From Alphaproteobacteria bacterium (GTDB lineage: Bacteria > Pseudomonadota > Alphaproteobacteria > UBA828): a stretch of 64,000 nucleotides of DNA. The notes beneath the pieces are model-generated. The model saw only the letters and a program-made list of their open reading frames with translations. It was not told the origin of the DNA and did not search any database. The translations under genes and the position numbers were made by a program. Location: positions 649,357-713,356 of the forward strand of contig CBDEFM010000001.1 in assembly GCA_965237415.1 (NCBI GenBank). Direction: 5' to 3'. Shown here in pieces: positions 12,667 through 22,656 of the stretch (positions within the stretch are counted from its first letter, which is position 1; the number at the start of each line of letters is the position of its first letter).

Positions 12667-13763
12667 TATCGCTCTCCCGTGATCAAGCGGCGGACGTAGG
12701 TGTTGAGGATCACTGCCAGCAGCAGAATGACGCCGAGGAAGACGCGGAAGAGGCTGCTCTCCACGCCGGTGAAGAAGAGCCCTTGCTGAACGACGCCGAA
12801 GATCAGCGCGCCGAGCGCAGCGCCGACCACGGAGCCGTATCCGCCGGTGAGCAGCGCGCCGCCAATCACCACGCAGATGATGGCTTCGAACTCCTTCAGC
12901 AGGCCGCGGTCCGCGGCGGCGGAGCCGAATTCCGTCACCTGGCAGGTGGCAAAGACGGTGGCGCAGAAGGCAGTGAACATGAACATCAGGATCTTGACGC
13001 GGTTCACGGGCACGCCGGTGTATCGCGCGGCCTGGGCGTCGCCGCCGGCGGCGTAGATCCAGTTGCCGAATTTCGTCCGGGTAAGTACCCAGTGCCCGAC
13101 GAGGACCAGGCCGATCGCCCACACGATCAGCATGGGAACCCCGTCTACCACCGGCTCTCCCTCGCGGCGGCCGCGCGTGAAGGTGGCAATCAGGCCAAGA
13201 TCGGCGAGCCAGTCGAAGAGGCCGCCGAGAATCGTGCCGCCGAAGACGGGCGCCAGCCAGTCGCCCTCCGCCGCGTCCTTCACGCCGCCGATGATGGTCT
13301 TGCGCGTGGTGGTGATGGAAATGAAGATTGTGAGCCCGCGCAGAATATAGAGGAACGCGAGGGTGACGATGAAACTCGGCAGGCCGGTCTTGATGACGAT
13401 CCAGCCGTTCAACGCGCCCAGTGCGACGGCAACGACGAAGGCCAGAATGATCCCGAGCCAGACGGGATAGCCCCAGTGGACCGAGACGATTGCGATGACG
13501 ATGCCGGCGAAGCCGATCATGGAGCCGACCGAGAGGTCGAATTCGCCGGCGATCATCAGCAGGCAGGCGCCGACGGCGATGATCGCGAACTGCGCCGAGA
13601 CGACGCCCCAGTTCATGATGCCTTCCGGCGAGAACATGCCGGTGTCGGACGCCACCATGAGAAAGAAGACGAAGACGAGGATCGTGCCGCAAATGGCGCC
13701 CAGTTCGGGCCGGATCATGGCGCGACGAAACGACGACATCTCCCTCAGGCGTTCGTCGGGCAT
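12666..13763 (-). CDS. Sugar (inositol) ABC transporter permease
   Basis: Hydrophobic protein; [30 protein letters not shown] (RbsC-like). Confidence 0.92.
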
Positions 13764-13861
13764 GGCTCCCTCCCGCAATATCCCCCGATCACAAGGCGGG
13801 AATCCGCCGCGGCGCCAGGCCGCGGCGGATCGACCCCGAGCCGGGGAAGGTCAGGACAGGA

Positions 13862-14812
13862 TCAGCGGTATTCCCCCGCGTACTGCTCGACCAGGGCGAT
13901 GTTGCCCGTGGTGATGAAGCCGGGGCCGGAATTCATGTGGCCCGAGGGCACAACGCCGTAGCGCGCGAGGTTGGTGAGGATGATGACCGGCATGTAGCCC
14001 TGAAGATAGGGCTGCTGGTCGATCGCAAACGCGATCGTGCCGTCCTTGACCCCGGCGGCGATTTCGCCCGAGAGGTCGAAGGTGCCGAAATGAATCTCGC
14101 CCGAGAGGCTGAGCTCGTCCAGCGCCGCCAGCGTCGGGTGGGCCGAGGTCGGCCCCAGCGTCAGGATTCCGTTCGCATCCTCGTTGCTGTTCAAGTACGC
14201 CATCACCTTGTTCTTGATCTCGGCCGGGTCCTGACCGCTATCGATCATCTGGTTGCCGAGCTCCACGCCAAGGGCATCGGCGTAGCCCTGGCAGCGATCG
14301 ACCGAGGCCGGATTGGTGATGTAGTGATTGACGCACAGGAACTTGGTGACGCCCGCCGCCTTGGCCTTCTTGCCGGCACCGAATCCGGCGTCGTATTCCG
14401 GCTGGCCCACATGCAGCAGGGCGCCGAGCTGCTCGGATTGCTCGTGAGTGCCCGAATTGATCGTGATGACGGGAATGCCCTTGTCGACGGCATCGGTGAT
14501 GGGGCCGCTGAGCACGTCGAAGTCGGCGATGGTGACGATGATGCCGTCCGGGTTGGCCGCCGACGCCTGCTCGACGATGCGGGCCATGTCGGCCAGGTCG
14601 CCGGTCGGCGGATTGCGATAGTCGACGGTCACGCCCATCTGCTCGCCGGCGATCCCGATCGCGTTCTTGATCGTGTTCCACCAGCTGTCGCTGTCCGGCG
14701 CGTGGCTGATGAGGACGAACTTTTCGCCCTCCGCCGAGGCGATTCCCGGGCTCGTGGCCAGACCGATCGCCGCCAGCGCGGCGGCTGCGAGCGCAATGAC
14801 TCTGGATTTCAT
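13862..14812 (-). CDS. Sugar (inositol) ABC transporter substrate-binding protein
   Basis: Signal peptide, GIPVITINSG, FAIDQQPYLQGY; GGAGGA RBS. Confidence 0.9.
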   Translation of the reverse strand: MKSRVIALAAAALAAIGLATSPGIASAEGEKFVLISHAPDSDSWWNTIKNAIGIAGEQMGVTVDYRNPPTGDLADMARIVEQASAANPDGIIVTIADFDVLSGPITDAVDKGIPVITINSGTHEQSEQLGALLHVGQPEYDAGFGAGKKAKAAGVTKFLCVNHYITNPASVDRCQGYADALGVELGNQMIDSGQDPAEIKNKVMAYLNSNEDANGILTLGPTSAHPTLAALDELSLSGEIHFGTFDLSGEIAAGVKDGTIAFAIDQQPYLQGYMPVIILTNLARYGVVPSGHMNSGPGFITTGNIALVEQYAGEYR

Positions 14813-14895
14813 GGACTCCTCCCATTTCATGTGCGCCGGAGCCGCCCGGCGGCGATTTGCGTCCACCCGGGGCTCCGGGCGCGGCTACCACAAAT

Positions 14896-14909
14896 AGAAT
14901 ACAAATTCC
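14896..14909. promoter_or_regulatory. Putative IolR operator (AGAA-N6-TTCC) upstream of the ABC/iol operon
   Basis: AGAATACAAATTCC, one mismatch from the GGAA-N6-TTCC IolR consensus known from alphaproteobacteria; lies in an AT-rich intergenic region. Confidence 0.55.
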
Positions 14910-14938
14910 ATTATTGGAAATCAAAGCGAAAAAGGTGA

Positions 14939-15772
14939 CTATGCGCCGGCGGCCTTTGCGTGGCGGCGCGCGCCGACCGAGACCGCAATCGTCATGGCGA
15001 GCGCCAGCGTCGCCGCGAGAGGGCGGAATGCGCCCACGTCGATCTCGGATACCGTCAGCGCCACGGTGCCGAGACGGCGCAGGGGGCTCACGCCGGCGTC
15101 GGTAATCGCCACCACCGACGCCCCCACCGCGCGCGCATGCGCCGCAAGATCGATGGTCTCGACGGTATAGGGGGCGAAGGAGATCGCGATCAGGACGTCG
15201 TTCCCGCGCACGCTCAGATGGCTGCTCATGCGGCCCACGTCAGCGTGGTGAACGCTCGCCGCGCCGAGCTTCTCGAATGCATAGGCCAGATAGGTCGACA
15301 CCGGCATCGACCGCCGAAATCCCGCGAGGTGGATGACGTCGGCTTCGGCGATCAATTCAACGGCGGCTTCGAGATCATTTATATCCAATGAAACCAATAG
15401 ATTCTCGAGCGAGGAGCGCCCCGCGGACACGAACTCGCCGAAGAGCGCCGCCGGGCTGTCGTCCGCTCTCGCGTGCAGCATATCGAGCCGGGTCGTGTAG
15501 TCGGGCCACTGCCGCTGGGCATAGGCCTCGCGAAAGAGCCGCTGCAACGCGGAGAACCCCGAGAACCCCAGCACCTGGCAGAACCGCACGAAGGCGGAAG
15601 GCTGGACCTCCGCCATCTCCGCGAGCTCCGACACCGTGGAGACCGCAATGCGGTCCGGATTGAGCAGCACGAAGGCGGCACACTGTCTGAGCCGCTTCGG
15701 CAGCTCGGCCGAGCCCTCGTGCAATCGGGCGAAGAGGGCATCGATCGTTTCCGGAGGCTGCGAATGGTTCAT
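14939..15772 (-). CDS. iolR: MurR/RpiR family transcriptional regulator (inositol repressor)
   Basis: HTH (VSELAEMAEVQPSAFVRFCQVLGFSGFS) plus SIS domain (AISFAPY); adjacent to the iol genes. Confidence 0.88.
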   Translation of the reverse strand: MNHSQPPETIDALFARLHEGSAELPKRLRQCAAFVLLNPDRIAVSTVSELAEMAEVQPSAFVRFCQVLGFSGFSALQRLFREAYAQRQWPDYTTRLDMLHARADDSPAALFGEFVSAGRSSLENLLVSLDINDLEAAVELIAEADVIHLAGFRRSMPVSTYLAYAFEKLGAASVHHADVGRMSSHLSVRGNDVLIAISFAPYTVETIDLAAHARAVGASVVAITDAGVSPLRRLGTVALTVSEIDVGAFRPLAATLALAMTIAVSVGARRHAKAAGA

Positions 15773-15823
15773 TGCAGGCAGTTCCCAGCATCGGCTCTGG
15801 GCAACGGGGACGAACCGCAATAT

Positions 15824-15839
15824 TGGAACAAATGTTCCA
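15824..15839. promoter_or_regulatory. Putative IolR operator, palindrome TGGAACAAATGTTCCA
   Basis: Exact GGAA-N6-TTCC about 50 bp upstream of the iolR start. Confidence 0.7.
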
Positions 15840-15990
15840 TTTGGTCAATTTCGTGAGAGTTGTTGGTCGCGGTCGTCCCAACGCGGTCATACGCATGTTG
15901 TCCGGCACGCTTGTTGGAGGCCAATCGGAAGATGGATCGTGTCCCGCGGAGTGGTGTAAGAGCCTCGCGTCCTACGCGGTATCCGGCGGG

Positions 15991-17220
15991 TTAGACCGAT
16001 GGCCTCGCTCTCACAACCCGTGGAGGGTTTCCCGCACCGCTCCGGCAAGCGATTCGTAGCCGCGAGGCCGACGCCTTGACGGCCTCGCGCGCCAGGTGGG
16101 CGTAACGCGCCGTCGTCTCGATGTCGCTATGGCCGAGCAGCTTGACGATCATCGGCAGGGTTTCGCGAGGCGCCAGCGCCCGGGAAGCAAAGCAGAGCCT
16201 GAGACCGTGATAATGCTCGGGCACCGAGACCTCGCTGACCTGGGCGCCGCGCTCCTCCAGCCGGCGCACCGCCGCGAACACCGATTCGTCGACCGCCGGC
16301 TCGCTCCCCGGCAGGCCGAACTCGGGCCAGGTCTCGGTCGTCTGGCCGAAGCCCTCGCTGAGCACGCCGATGCGGATTCCCTCGCAGCCCGCGCCGATGG
16401 CCGGCATGTAGTCCTGCACATAATCCGCAGGGATCACGCCCCGCTGGCGCGGATCGAGGGGGTCGGGGCCAGCCAGCACCGAGAGCATGCGGGCCGTGTT
16501 CTCAACCGTGTTCGTCATAGGCCCGATGTGGTCGAGGGTCATGTCGATCGCGAGGCACCCGGTATAGGGAATGAGGCCGAAGGTCGCCTTGTGCCCGACC
16601 ACGCCGCACCAGGAGGCGGGGATGCGGATCGAGCCGCCCTGATCGCCGCCGATGGCCATGGCCACGTCGCCGGCGGCGACCGCGGCGGCGCTCCCCTTCG
16701 ACGAGCCGCCGGGCGCATGGGTGGGCTTGCGCGGATTGCGCACCGGGCCGTAGCCGCTGGTGTGGCCGCCGCCGGAGAAGGAGAAGTCCGCGCAGGCCGT
16801 CTTGCCGACGATGGTGGCGCCCGCGTCGAGCAGGCGGGTCACGATGGTGGCGTCGATGATGGGCACGTAGCCTTCGAGGGCGCGCGCGCCGTTCATCATC
16901 GGCAGGCCGGCCACGGAGACCACGTCCTTGATGCCGATCTCCTCGCCCGCGAGGGAACCCGAATCGGCGCCCTTGATCTCGGCTCGCCAGTACCAGGCGT
17001 TGTAGGGGTTCTCGTCGGGGTGCGGCCGGTAACCCGAGGTCCGCGGATAGGCGACGGCCGGGCGTTCCTCCGGCATGTCGTCGATGTGGCGCAGGCTCGC
17101 GATGGCGCCACGCATGGCGTCCCGCTGGTTGGTGAGGTCGTCGAGCGACATGTCCAACCCGAAATCCGCAGCGATCTCGGCGAGCTGATTGATGGAAGGG
17201 AGTTCCGGACCACGCGACAT
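15991..17220 (-). pseudogene. Amidase-signature enzyme, C-terminally truncated and fused in frame to a tyrosine-recombinase tail
   Basis: GGSSKGS...GGDQGGSIRIPASW amidase signature. After about 16200 the frame reads FASRALAPRETLPMIVKLLGHSDIETTARYAHLAREAVKASA, the integrase box II with its catalytic Tyr. Confidence 0.8.
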
Positions 17221-17396
17221 GGGGGCCTCGTCTCGGTTGGTGGGAGCGATCCTCGATCCTAGGCCGCCCCGATGCCACCGATTACGGCGCGCAAACGAGG
17301 TGTCGATCGCGTATGAATTGGGGTGTCGATCTTGGTAGCGGGGAGCCGACCTCGCCGCTAGTATCGCGCCTCCAACCTGTAGAGGGGTCTAGCGAA

Positions 17397-18638
17397 ATGG
17401 GTCAGATGAGCCGGCGCCACGCGCCGATTAACCTGCGTCAGAGCGGCGACTTCAACGCCAAGATGCTGCTCTCCACCCGTGTGCGAAAATCGCCTTACTT
17501 TCATCTGGCAAAGGCCGCCGGCTGCTGGTGCTACACGGTCTACAACCGCATCTATCACCCGCGCGCCTACATTCCGCTGGAGGAAGGCGGCCTGCTGGAG
17601 GAATACAAGTACCTCACCGAGCACGTCACCATGTGGGACGTGGCCGTGGAGCGGCAGATCCAGGTCAAGGGCCCCGATGCGGAGAAGTTCGTCGACTTCG
17701 TGATCACCCGCGACGTGAAGAAGATCGAGACCGGCAAGGCGCGCTACGTCATCCTCTGCAATCTCTATGGCGGCATCATCAACGACCCGGTGCTGCTGCG
17801 CGTGGCCGACGACGAGTTCTGGTTCTCGCTCGCCGATTCCGATGTCGGCATCTACCTGCAGGGCGTGAACGCCGTCGCCAAGATGGATGTCGAGGTCAAC
17901 GAGATCGACGTCTGCCCGGTGCAGATCCAGGGACCCAAGGCGCAGGACCTTATCCGCGCGCTGGTGGGCCCGGCGATCGACGACGTGCCGTACTACGGGC
18001 TGCTCCAGAACGTGGAGGTCGGCGGCTGCGAGGTGGTGATCTCGCGCTCGGGCTTCTCCGGCGAGGCGGGATACGAGATCTATCTCATCGACGCCACGAT
18101 CAACGCCGACGCGATGTGGAACGCGGTGCTGGAGGCCGGCAAGCAGTTCAACCTGCGGGTCATCGCGCCGGGGCATATCCGCCGCATCGAGGCCGGCATC
18201 CTGAGCTGGGGCCAGGACATGGACATCGAGACCAACCCCTATCAGGTCGGCCTCGGCTGGCAGGTCAACTTCGACAAGGGCGACTTCATCGGCAGGGAGG
18301 CACTTGCCAGGATCAGGGACGAGGGCGTGACCGAGAAGCTGGTCGGGCTCCGCATGGGCGGCAAGCCCATCACCTGGTACCCGGCGGACTTCTACATCGT
18401 GCGCGACGGGGCGACCGACGTCGGCTACGTCACCAGCGCCTTCTGGTCGCCGGCGCAGAACTCTAACATCGCGCTCGCCATGCTGCCGATCGGCTACAGC
18501 GAGGTCGGCACCAGGCTCACCGTGGAGCTGGACAAGCAATACGCAGACGCGCCGGTGGACGCCGAGGTGGTGGAGACGCCGTTCAAGCCCTCGGATTCGC
18601 CCGGCAGCGGCTACCTGCTCACCGGCTCCAAGCTCTGA
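17397..18638 (+). CDS. GcvT-family aminomethyltransferase/demethylase (DmdA-like)
   Basis: RVRKSPYF...YTVYNR, HVTMWDVAVERQIQVKGPDA, GGIINDPV, FWFSLAD, RSGFSGEAGYEIY, RRIEAGILSWGQD. Start position uncertain. Confidence 0.85.
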   Translation: MGQMSRRHAPINLRQSGDFNAKMLLSTRVRKSPYFHLAKAAGCWCYTVYNRIYHPRAYIPLEEGGLLEEYKYLTEHVTMWDVAVERQIQVKGPDAEKFVDFVITRDVKKIETGKARYVILCNLYGGIINDPVLLRVADDEFWFSLADSDVGIYLQGVNAVAKMDVEVNEIDVCPVQIQGPKAQDLIRALVGPAIDDVPYYGLLQNVEVGGCEVVISRSGFSGEAGYEIYLIDATINADAMWNAVLEAGKQFNLRVIAPGHIRRIEAGILSWGQDMDIETNPYQVGLGWQVNFDKGDFIGREALARIRDEGVTEKLVGLRMGGKPITWYPADFYIVRDGATDVGYVTSAFWSPAQNSNIALAMLPIGYSEVGTRLTVELDKQYADAPVDAEVVETPFKPSDSPGSGYLLTGSKL

Positions 18639-19165
18639 GCGCCGCGCCTGACGGGATCGCCCCGCCCTGCCCTGCATACGGGCGGGGCGTCCGTTCGGCG
18701 CGCGCCGGCGCTGAGCATTCCGAGGGGCCGTGAGCGCCGCGCCGCGGGCCGAGCGGCTGCGCGACCACTTCGTCGGCTGGCAGTGCCGCATCCGCGCCGA
18801 CGCCATGCGGCGCCGGGAGGGCCGGCCGACGCTCGGCATGCGGCCGCAGGCGCTGAGTGCGGCGGGCGAAGAGCTTGCGCCGGCCGTGACCACGCTCCTC
18901 GTGCGGAAGGAGGCGGAGGCTTTCGCGCCCGAGTTCCGCCATCTGGCGCGGCGCACCCACGAACCGCGGGCGATGCGCGAGGCGGCGCTCGCGCTGCTGG
19001 CGGAGCGCTACTACCAATATGCGCGGGATTTTTCGGGCCTGCTGACCGCGACCTTCGCGGCCGAATCTCCGCTCGCCGCAACGCTCGCGCACGAGGGGCG
19101 CTGCGTGCTCTCCTTCGCCCAGGACGGCCAGCGCTACGCGCTGCCCTGCGCTGTGGCCTTGCTAG

Positions 19166-19274
19166 GAGCCTGCGCCGTAGGAAAATTGCCTACTATATGT
19201 AGTGGTGTCAGATTATTCTTTACTACTACCTATGGTGTCTGAAGGTGCCCAAAAGCGTTCTGCGGCGCAGGCTC
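19166..19274. mobile_element. 109-bp MITE-like non-autonomous element
   Basis: Terminal inverted repeats GAGCCTGCGCCG(T/C)AG, flanked by CTAG on both sides (19162-19165 and 19275-19278); AT-rich non-coding interior. Confidence 0.75.
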
Positions 19275-19275
19275 C

Positions 19276-20428
19276 TAGTGTGATGTCCCAGAGATAGATG
19301 ATATATTTATGGGCAGTTTCCTGTCAGGAGTCTGCCCATGCCCCGTGGTCGCCCCATCGAACCCGTCGTTCTCACGGACGACGAGAAAGATCGGCTCCTC
19401 AGCCTCGCCAACTCTCGCTCCTTGCCTCATGGAGTGGTGCGGCGTGCGCAAATCGTTCTCGCCTGCGCCCAGGGCGAGGCGAACGCCTCGATCGCCCGGC
19501 GCATGCGCCTGAGCGATGCCACCGTTGGCAAGTGGCGCAAGCGCTATCGCATGCAAGGGATCGAGGGGTTGCACGATGAACTGCGCCCGGGCCGGCCCAG
19601 AACCCATGACGATGAACGGGTCGCCGAGGTCATCAACACCGCGCTCCAGACCAAACCACCCGATGGCGCCACCCATTGGAGCGTGCGCGCCATGGCCGAG
19701 CAAAGCGGCGTCTCCAAGAGCACCGTGCAACGCTGGTTCAGTCTGTTCGCCATCCAACCCCACCGCCAGCGCTACTTCAAGCTCTCCAACGACCCCTTCT
19801 TCGTCGAGAAGGTGCGCGATATCGTCGGCCTCTATCTCAACCCGCCCGACCACGCCGTCGTGCTCTGTGTCGACGAGAAAACCCAGGTCCAGGCGCTCAA
19901 CCGCACCCAACCGATGCTGCCGATGGGGCTGGGCTACGTCGAAGGGGTCACCCACGATTACGTCCGTCACGGCACCACCACCCTGTTCGCCGCCCTCGAC
20001 ATCGCCACCGGACAGGTCATCACCCAGTGCAAGAAGCGCCATCGCCACCAGGAGTTTCTCGCCTTCCTGCGCCACATCGACGCCAACCTCCCCGAACCCT
20101 TCGACGTTCACCTCATCGCCGACAACTACGCCACCCACAAGTACCCGAAGGTCAGAGCCTGGCTCGCAAGGCGACCGCGATACCACATCCACTACACACC
20201 CACCTATGCCTCGTGGCTCAACCAGGTCGAGCGCTGGTTCGGCATCATCACTCAAACCGCCATTCGACGCGGCTCGTTCTCCAACGTCAGCGAACTGGTG
20301 AACAAGATCGATCTCTTCGTCCACCACTACAACGCCAAAGCCACTCCCTTCATGTGGACCGCAACCGCAGACTCAATACTCGCAAAAGTCCAGAGACTTT
20401 GCTCATATATCTCTGGGACACAACACTA
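19276..20428 (+). mobile_element. IS630 family insertion sequence
   Basis: Inverted repeats TAGTGTGATGTCCCAGAGATAGATGA versus reverse complement TAGTGTTGTGTCCCAGAGATATATGA; CTAG at both junctions. Confidence 0.92.
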
Positions 20429-20429
20429 G
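19338..20429 (+). CDS. IS630 family transposase
   Basis: [54 protein letters not shown]. Confidence 0.95.
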   Translation: MPRGRPIEPVVLTDDEKDRLLSLANSRSLPHGVVRRAQIVLACAQGEANASIARRMRLSDATVGKWRKRYRMQGIEGLHDELRPGRPRTHDDERVAEVINTALQTKPPDGATHWSVRAMAEQSGVSKSTVQRWFSLFAIQPHRQRYFKLSNDPFFVEKVRDIVGLYLNPPDHAVVLCVDEKTQVQALNRTQPMLPMGLGYVEGVTHDYVRHGTTTLFAALDIATGQVITQCKKRHRHQEFLAFLRHIDANLPEPFDVHLIADNYATHKYPKVRAWLARRPRYHIHYTPTYASWLNQVERWFGIITQTAIRRGSFSNVSELVNKIDLFVHHYNAKATPFMWTATADSILAKVQRLCSYISGTQH

Positions 20430-20749
20430 GGGCCGACGACTCGCACCGCGAGGAAACCTGGTGGCACAACGCGTTGTTCAACCCGTCGCTGCCGCCGGAC
20501 GTCCCCGTCCTCGCCTTCGCGCCCCGCTGGCTGGAAGCAACCGCCGATCCCGGGCCGGACGGGCGGCGATAGCAGCTGGCTGGTTCGCCGCCGTCGCCAG
20601 CGGTGGAGCAAGCCGCAGCGTCATTGCGCGTTCGCTCGCCACACGCCGAAAGGAAGGGAAACGACCGATGCCGGAGCCGGTCTCAGACAAGACATCCATG
20701 TTCGACCGTGCCATTCCCGTGCTCGCTTCGCTGGAGATCGCGACCTCGC

Positions 20750-22187
20750 GGAGCTATGGCCGAGAGTGGGTGACGGGCTGAGAGAAGGAGGTGGCGTATT
20801 GTGGGGGGTGACGAAGCCTCCCGGTCTCCAAGCAAGGAGTGATACGCCATGACGGAAGAGATAGTGTTGTCGCGCTGCACCATCCAGGGGTGACGGCCGA
20901 TCCGCTGACCGAAGTACTCCGCGCCGGAGCTCGCGAGCTCCTGGCACAGGCCATTGAAGCGGAGGTTGCCGCCGTGCTGGCGGCGCATGAACATCTGAAG
21001 ACCGAAGACGGCCGCCGGCGCCTGGTGCGTCATGGCCACGGGCCGGAACGGGCGATCCTGACTGGGTCATGGCCACGGGCCGGAACGGGCGATCCTGACT
21101 GGCATTGGTCCTGTGTCTGTGCGGCGCCCGAAGGTCCGGGACCGTGGCAGCGTCGGAGGAGAGCGCATCCGTTTCACGTCGGCCATTCTGCCCCGTTTCG
21201 CGCGGCGGACGCGGTCGCTGGATGCGGTTTTGCCGACGCTCTACCTTCGTGGCGTGTCCAGCGGGGACTTCCAGGAGGCGCTGGAGGCGTTGCTCGGCAA
21301 GGACGCCTCTGGCTTGTCGGCGCAGGTGATCGGCCGCCTGAAGGCGGAGTGGGAGGCCGAGCACGAGCGCTGGCGCCGGCGCGACCTGTCGGCCCGACGC
21401 TACGTCTACATGTGGGCCGATGGCATCTATCTCCAGGGTCGGCTGGAGGACGAGAAGCAATGCATTCTGGTCCTCGTCCTCATCGGCGCCACGCCTGAGG
21501 GACGCAAGGAACTCGTGGGCTTCCAGGCGGGGGTGCGCGAGAGCGCCCAGAGCTGGCGTGAGTTGCTGGCATGCCTGCGCGGGCGCGGGCTCACGATTGG
21601 TCCCGAGCTCGCCATCGGCGATGGCGCTCTGGGCTTCTGGAGGGCGCTGGAGGAGATCTTTCCCGACACCCGCCGCCAGCGCTGCTGGGTCCACAAGACA
21701 GCCAATGTCTTGAACAAGCTGGCGAAGTCGCGACAAACGGCCGCCAAAGCTGCCCTGCATGATATCTGGATGGCGGATGGCCGCGCCGAGGCCGAGAGGG
21801 CGATGAATACTTTCGCCGCCAAGTACGACGCCACATACCCCCAAGCCGTCGCCTGCTTGACAAAGGACCGCGACGCCTTGCTGGCCTTCTACGACTTCCC
21901 GGCCGAGCACTGGCGGCATATCAGGACGACCAATCCAATCGAAAGCGTCTTCGCTACCGTCCGCCACCGCACCGTGCGCACCAAGGGCTGCTTGTCTCAC
22001 GGGACAACTCTGGCCATGGTCTTCAAGCCGATCACCACCGCCAGCAAGACCTGGCGGCGGCTCATGGGAAACAATCGGTTGCCCAAGGTCATCGAAGGTG
22101 TGAGATTCAAAGACGGTATGCAGGTCGACGAAACCAAAACTCGCGCCGCCGCCTGATCACGCCGTCACCCAAAATCGGGCATAACTC
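20750..22187 (+). mobile_element. IS256 family insertion sequence with frameshifted transposase
   Basis: 8-bp TSD GACCTCGC (20742-20749, 22188-22195); inverted repeats GAG[C/T]TATG[G/C]CCGA...TGGGTGACGG; transposase motifs YMWADGIY, IGDGALGFW, QRCWVHK, IRTTNPIES. Confidence 0.9.
21029..21102. repeat. 37-bp exact tandem duplication frameshifting the IS256 transposase
   Basis: GTCATGGCCACGGGCCGGAACGGGCGATCCTGACTGG x2. Confidence 0.95.
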
Positions 22188-22656
22188 GACCTCGCTCGAC
22201 TTCTTCCACAAGCTCGGTTTCGAAACGCACAACTTCGGCGACCACAACTACGGTATCGCCGTCCGCGAGCACATCGAGATCCACTTCTGGCTTTGCACCG
22301 ACAGGCACGTTGCCGAGAACACCTCCCGCTACGTCCGTGTGCCGTGTCGAACGCCGGCGTCTGGCGCTCAAGCCCGGCGCCGTAATGCTCCAGCCGCGCC
22401 TCGTTCAGGCGGTAGATCGACGCGATCCGCTCGATCCATCCCCGGCACCATTCCGTCAGGCTGACCTGGCCGGCCGCGCACTCGATAAAATCGCGCCGTT
22501 GATGAGACCAGCAGAACGCAAGGGTCACCAGCCCCCCGCGAAGGCGAGCGAGCCGCTTGTAGGCGCTATAGCGGTCGCAGACGATGACCGTGTGGAGGAG
22601 GGCCGCCGCGAACAGCTTCTCCGCCGCTTCGGCGCTGCGCGAAGGGTCGATATGGA

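Larger units (their letters stand above)
18730..20572 (+). pseudogene. Hypothetical protein interrupted at a CTAG by a MITE plus IS630
   Basis: LRDHFVGWQCRIR...YALPCAVALL rejoins in frame to [34 protein letters not shown]...* when 19166-20429 is removed. Confidence 0.75.
20668..22345 (+). pseudogene. VOC/bleomycin-resistance-like protein split by IS256 and truncated by an IS66 fragment
   Basis: MFDRAIPVLASLEIATS joins LDFFHKLGFETHNFGDHNYGIAVREHIEIHFWLCTDRHVAENTSRYVRV across the IS256. Confidence 0.7.
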
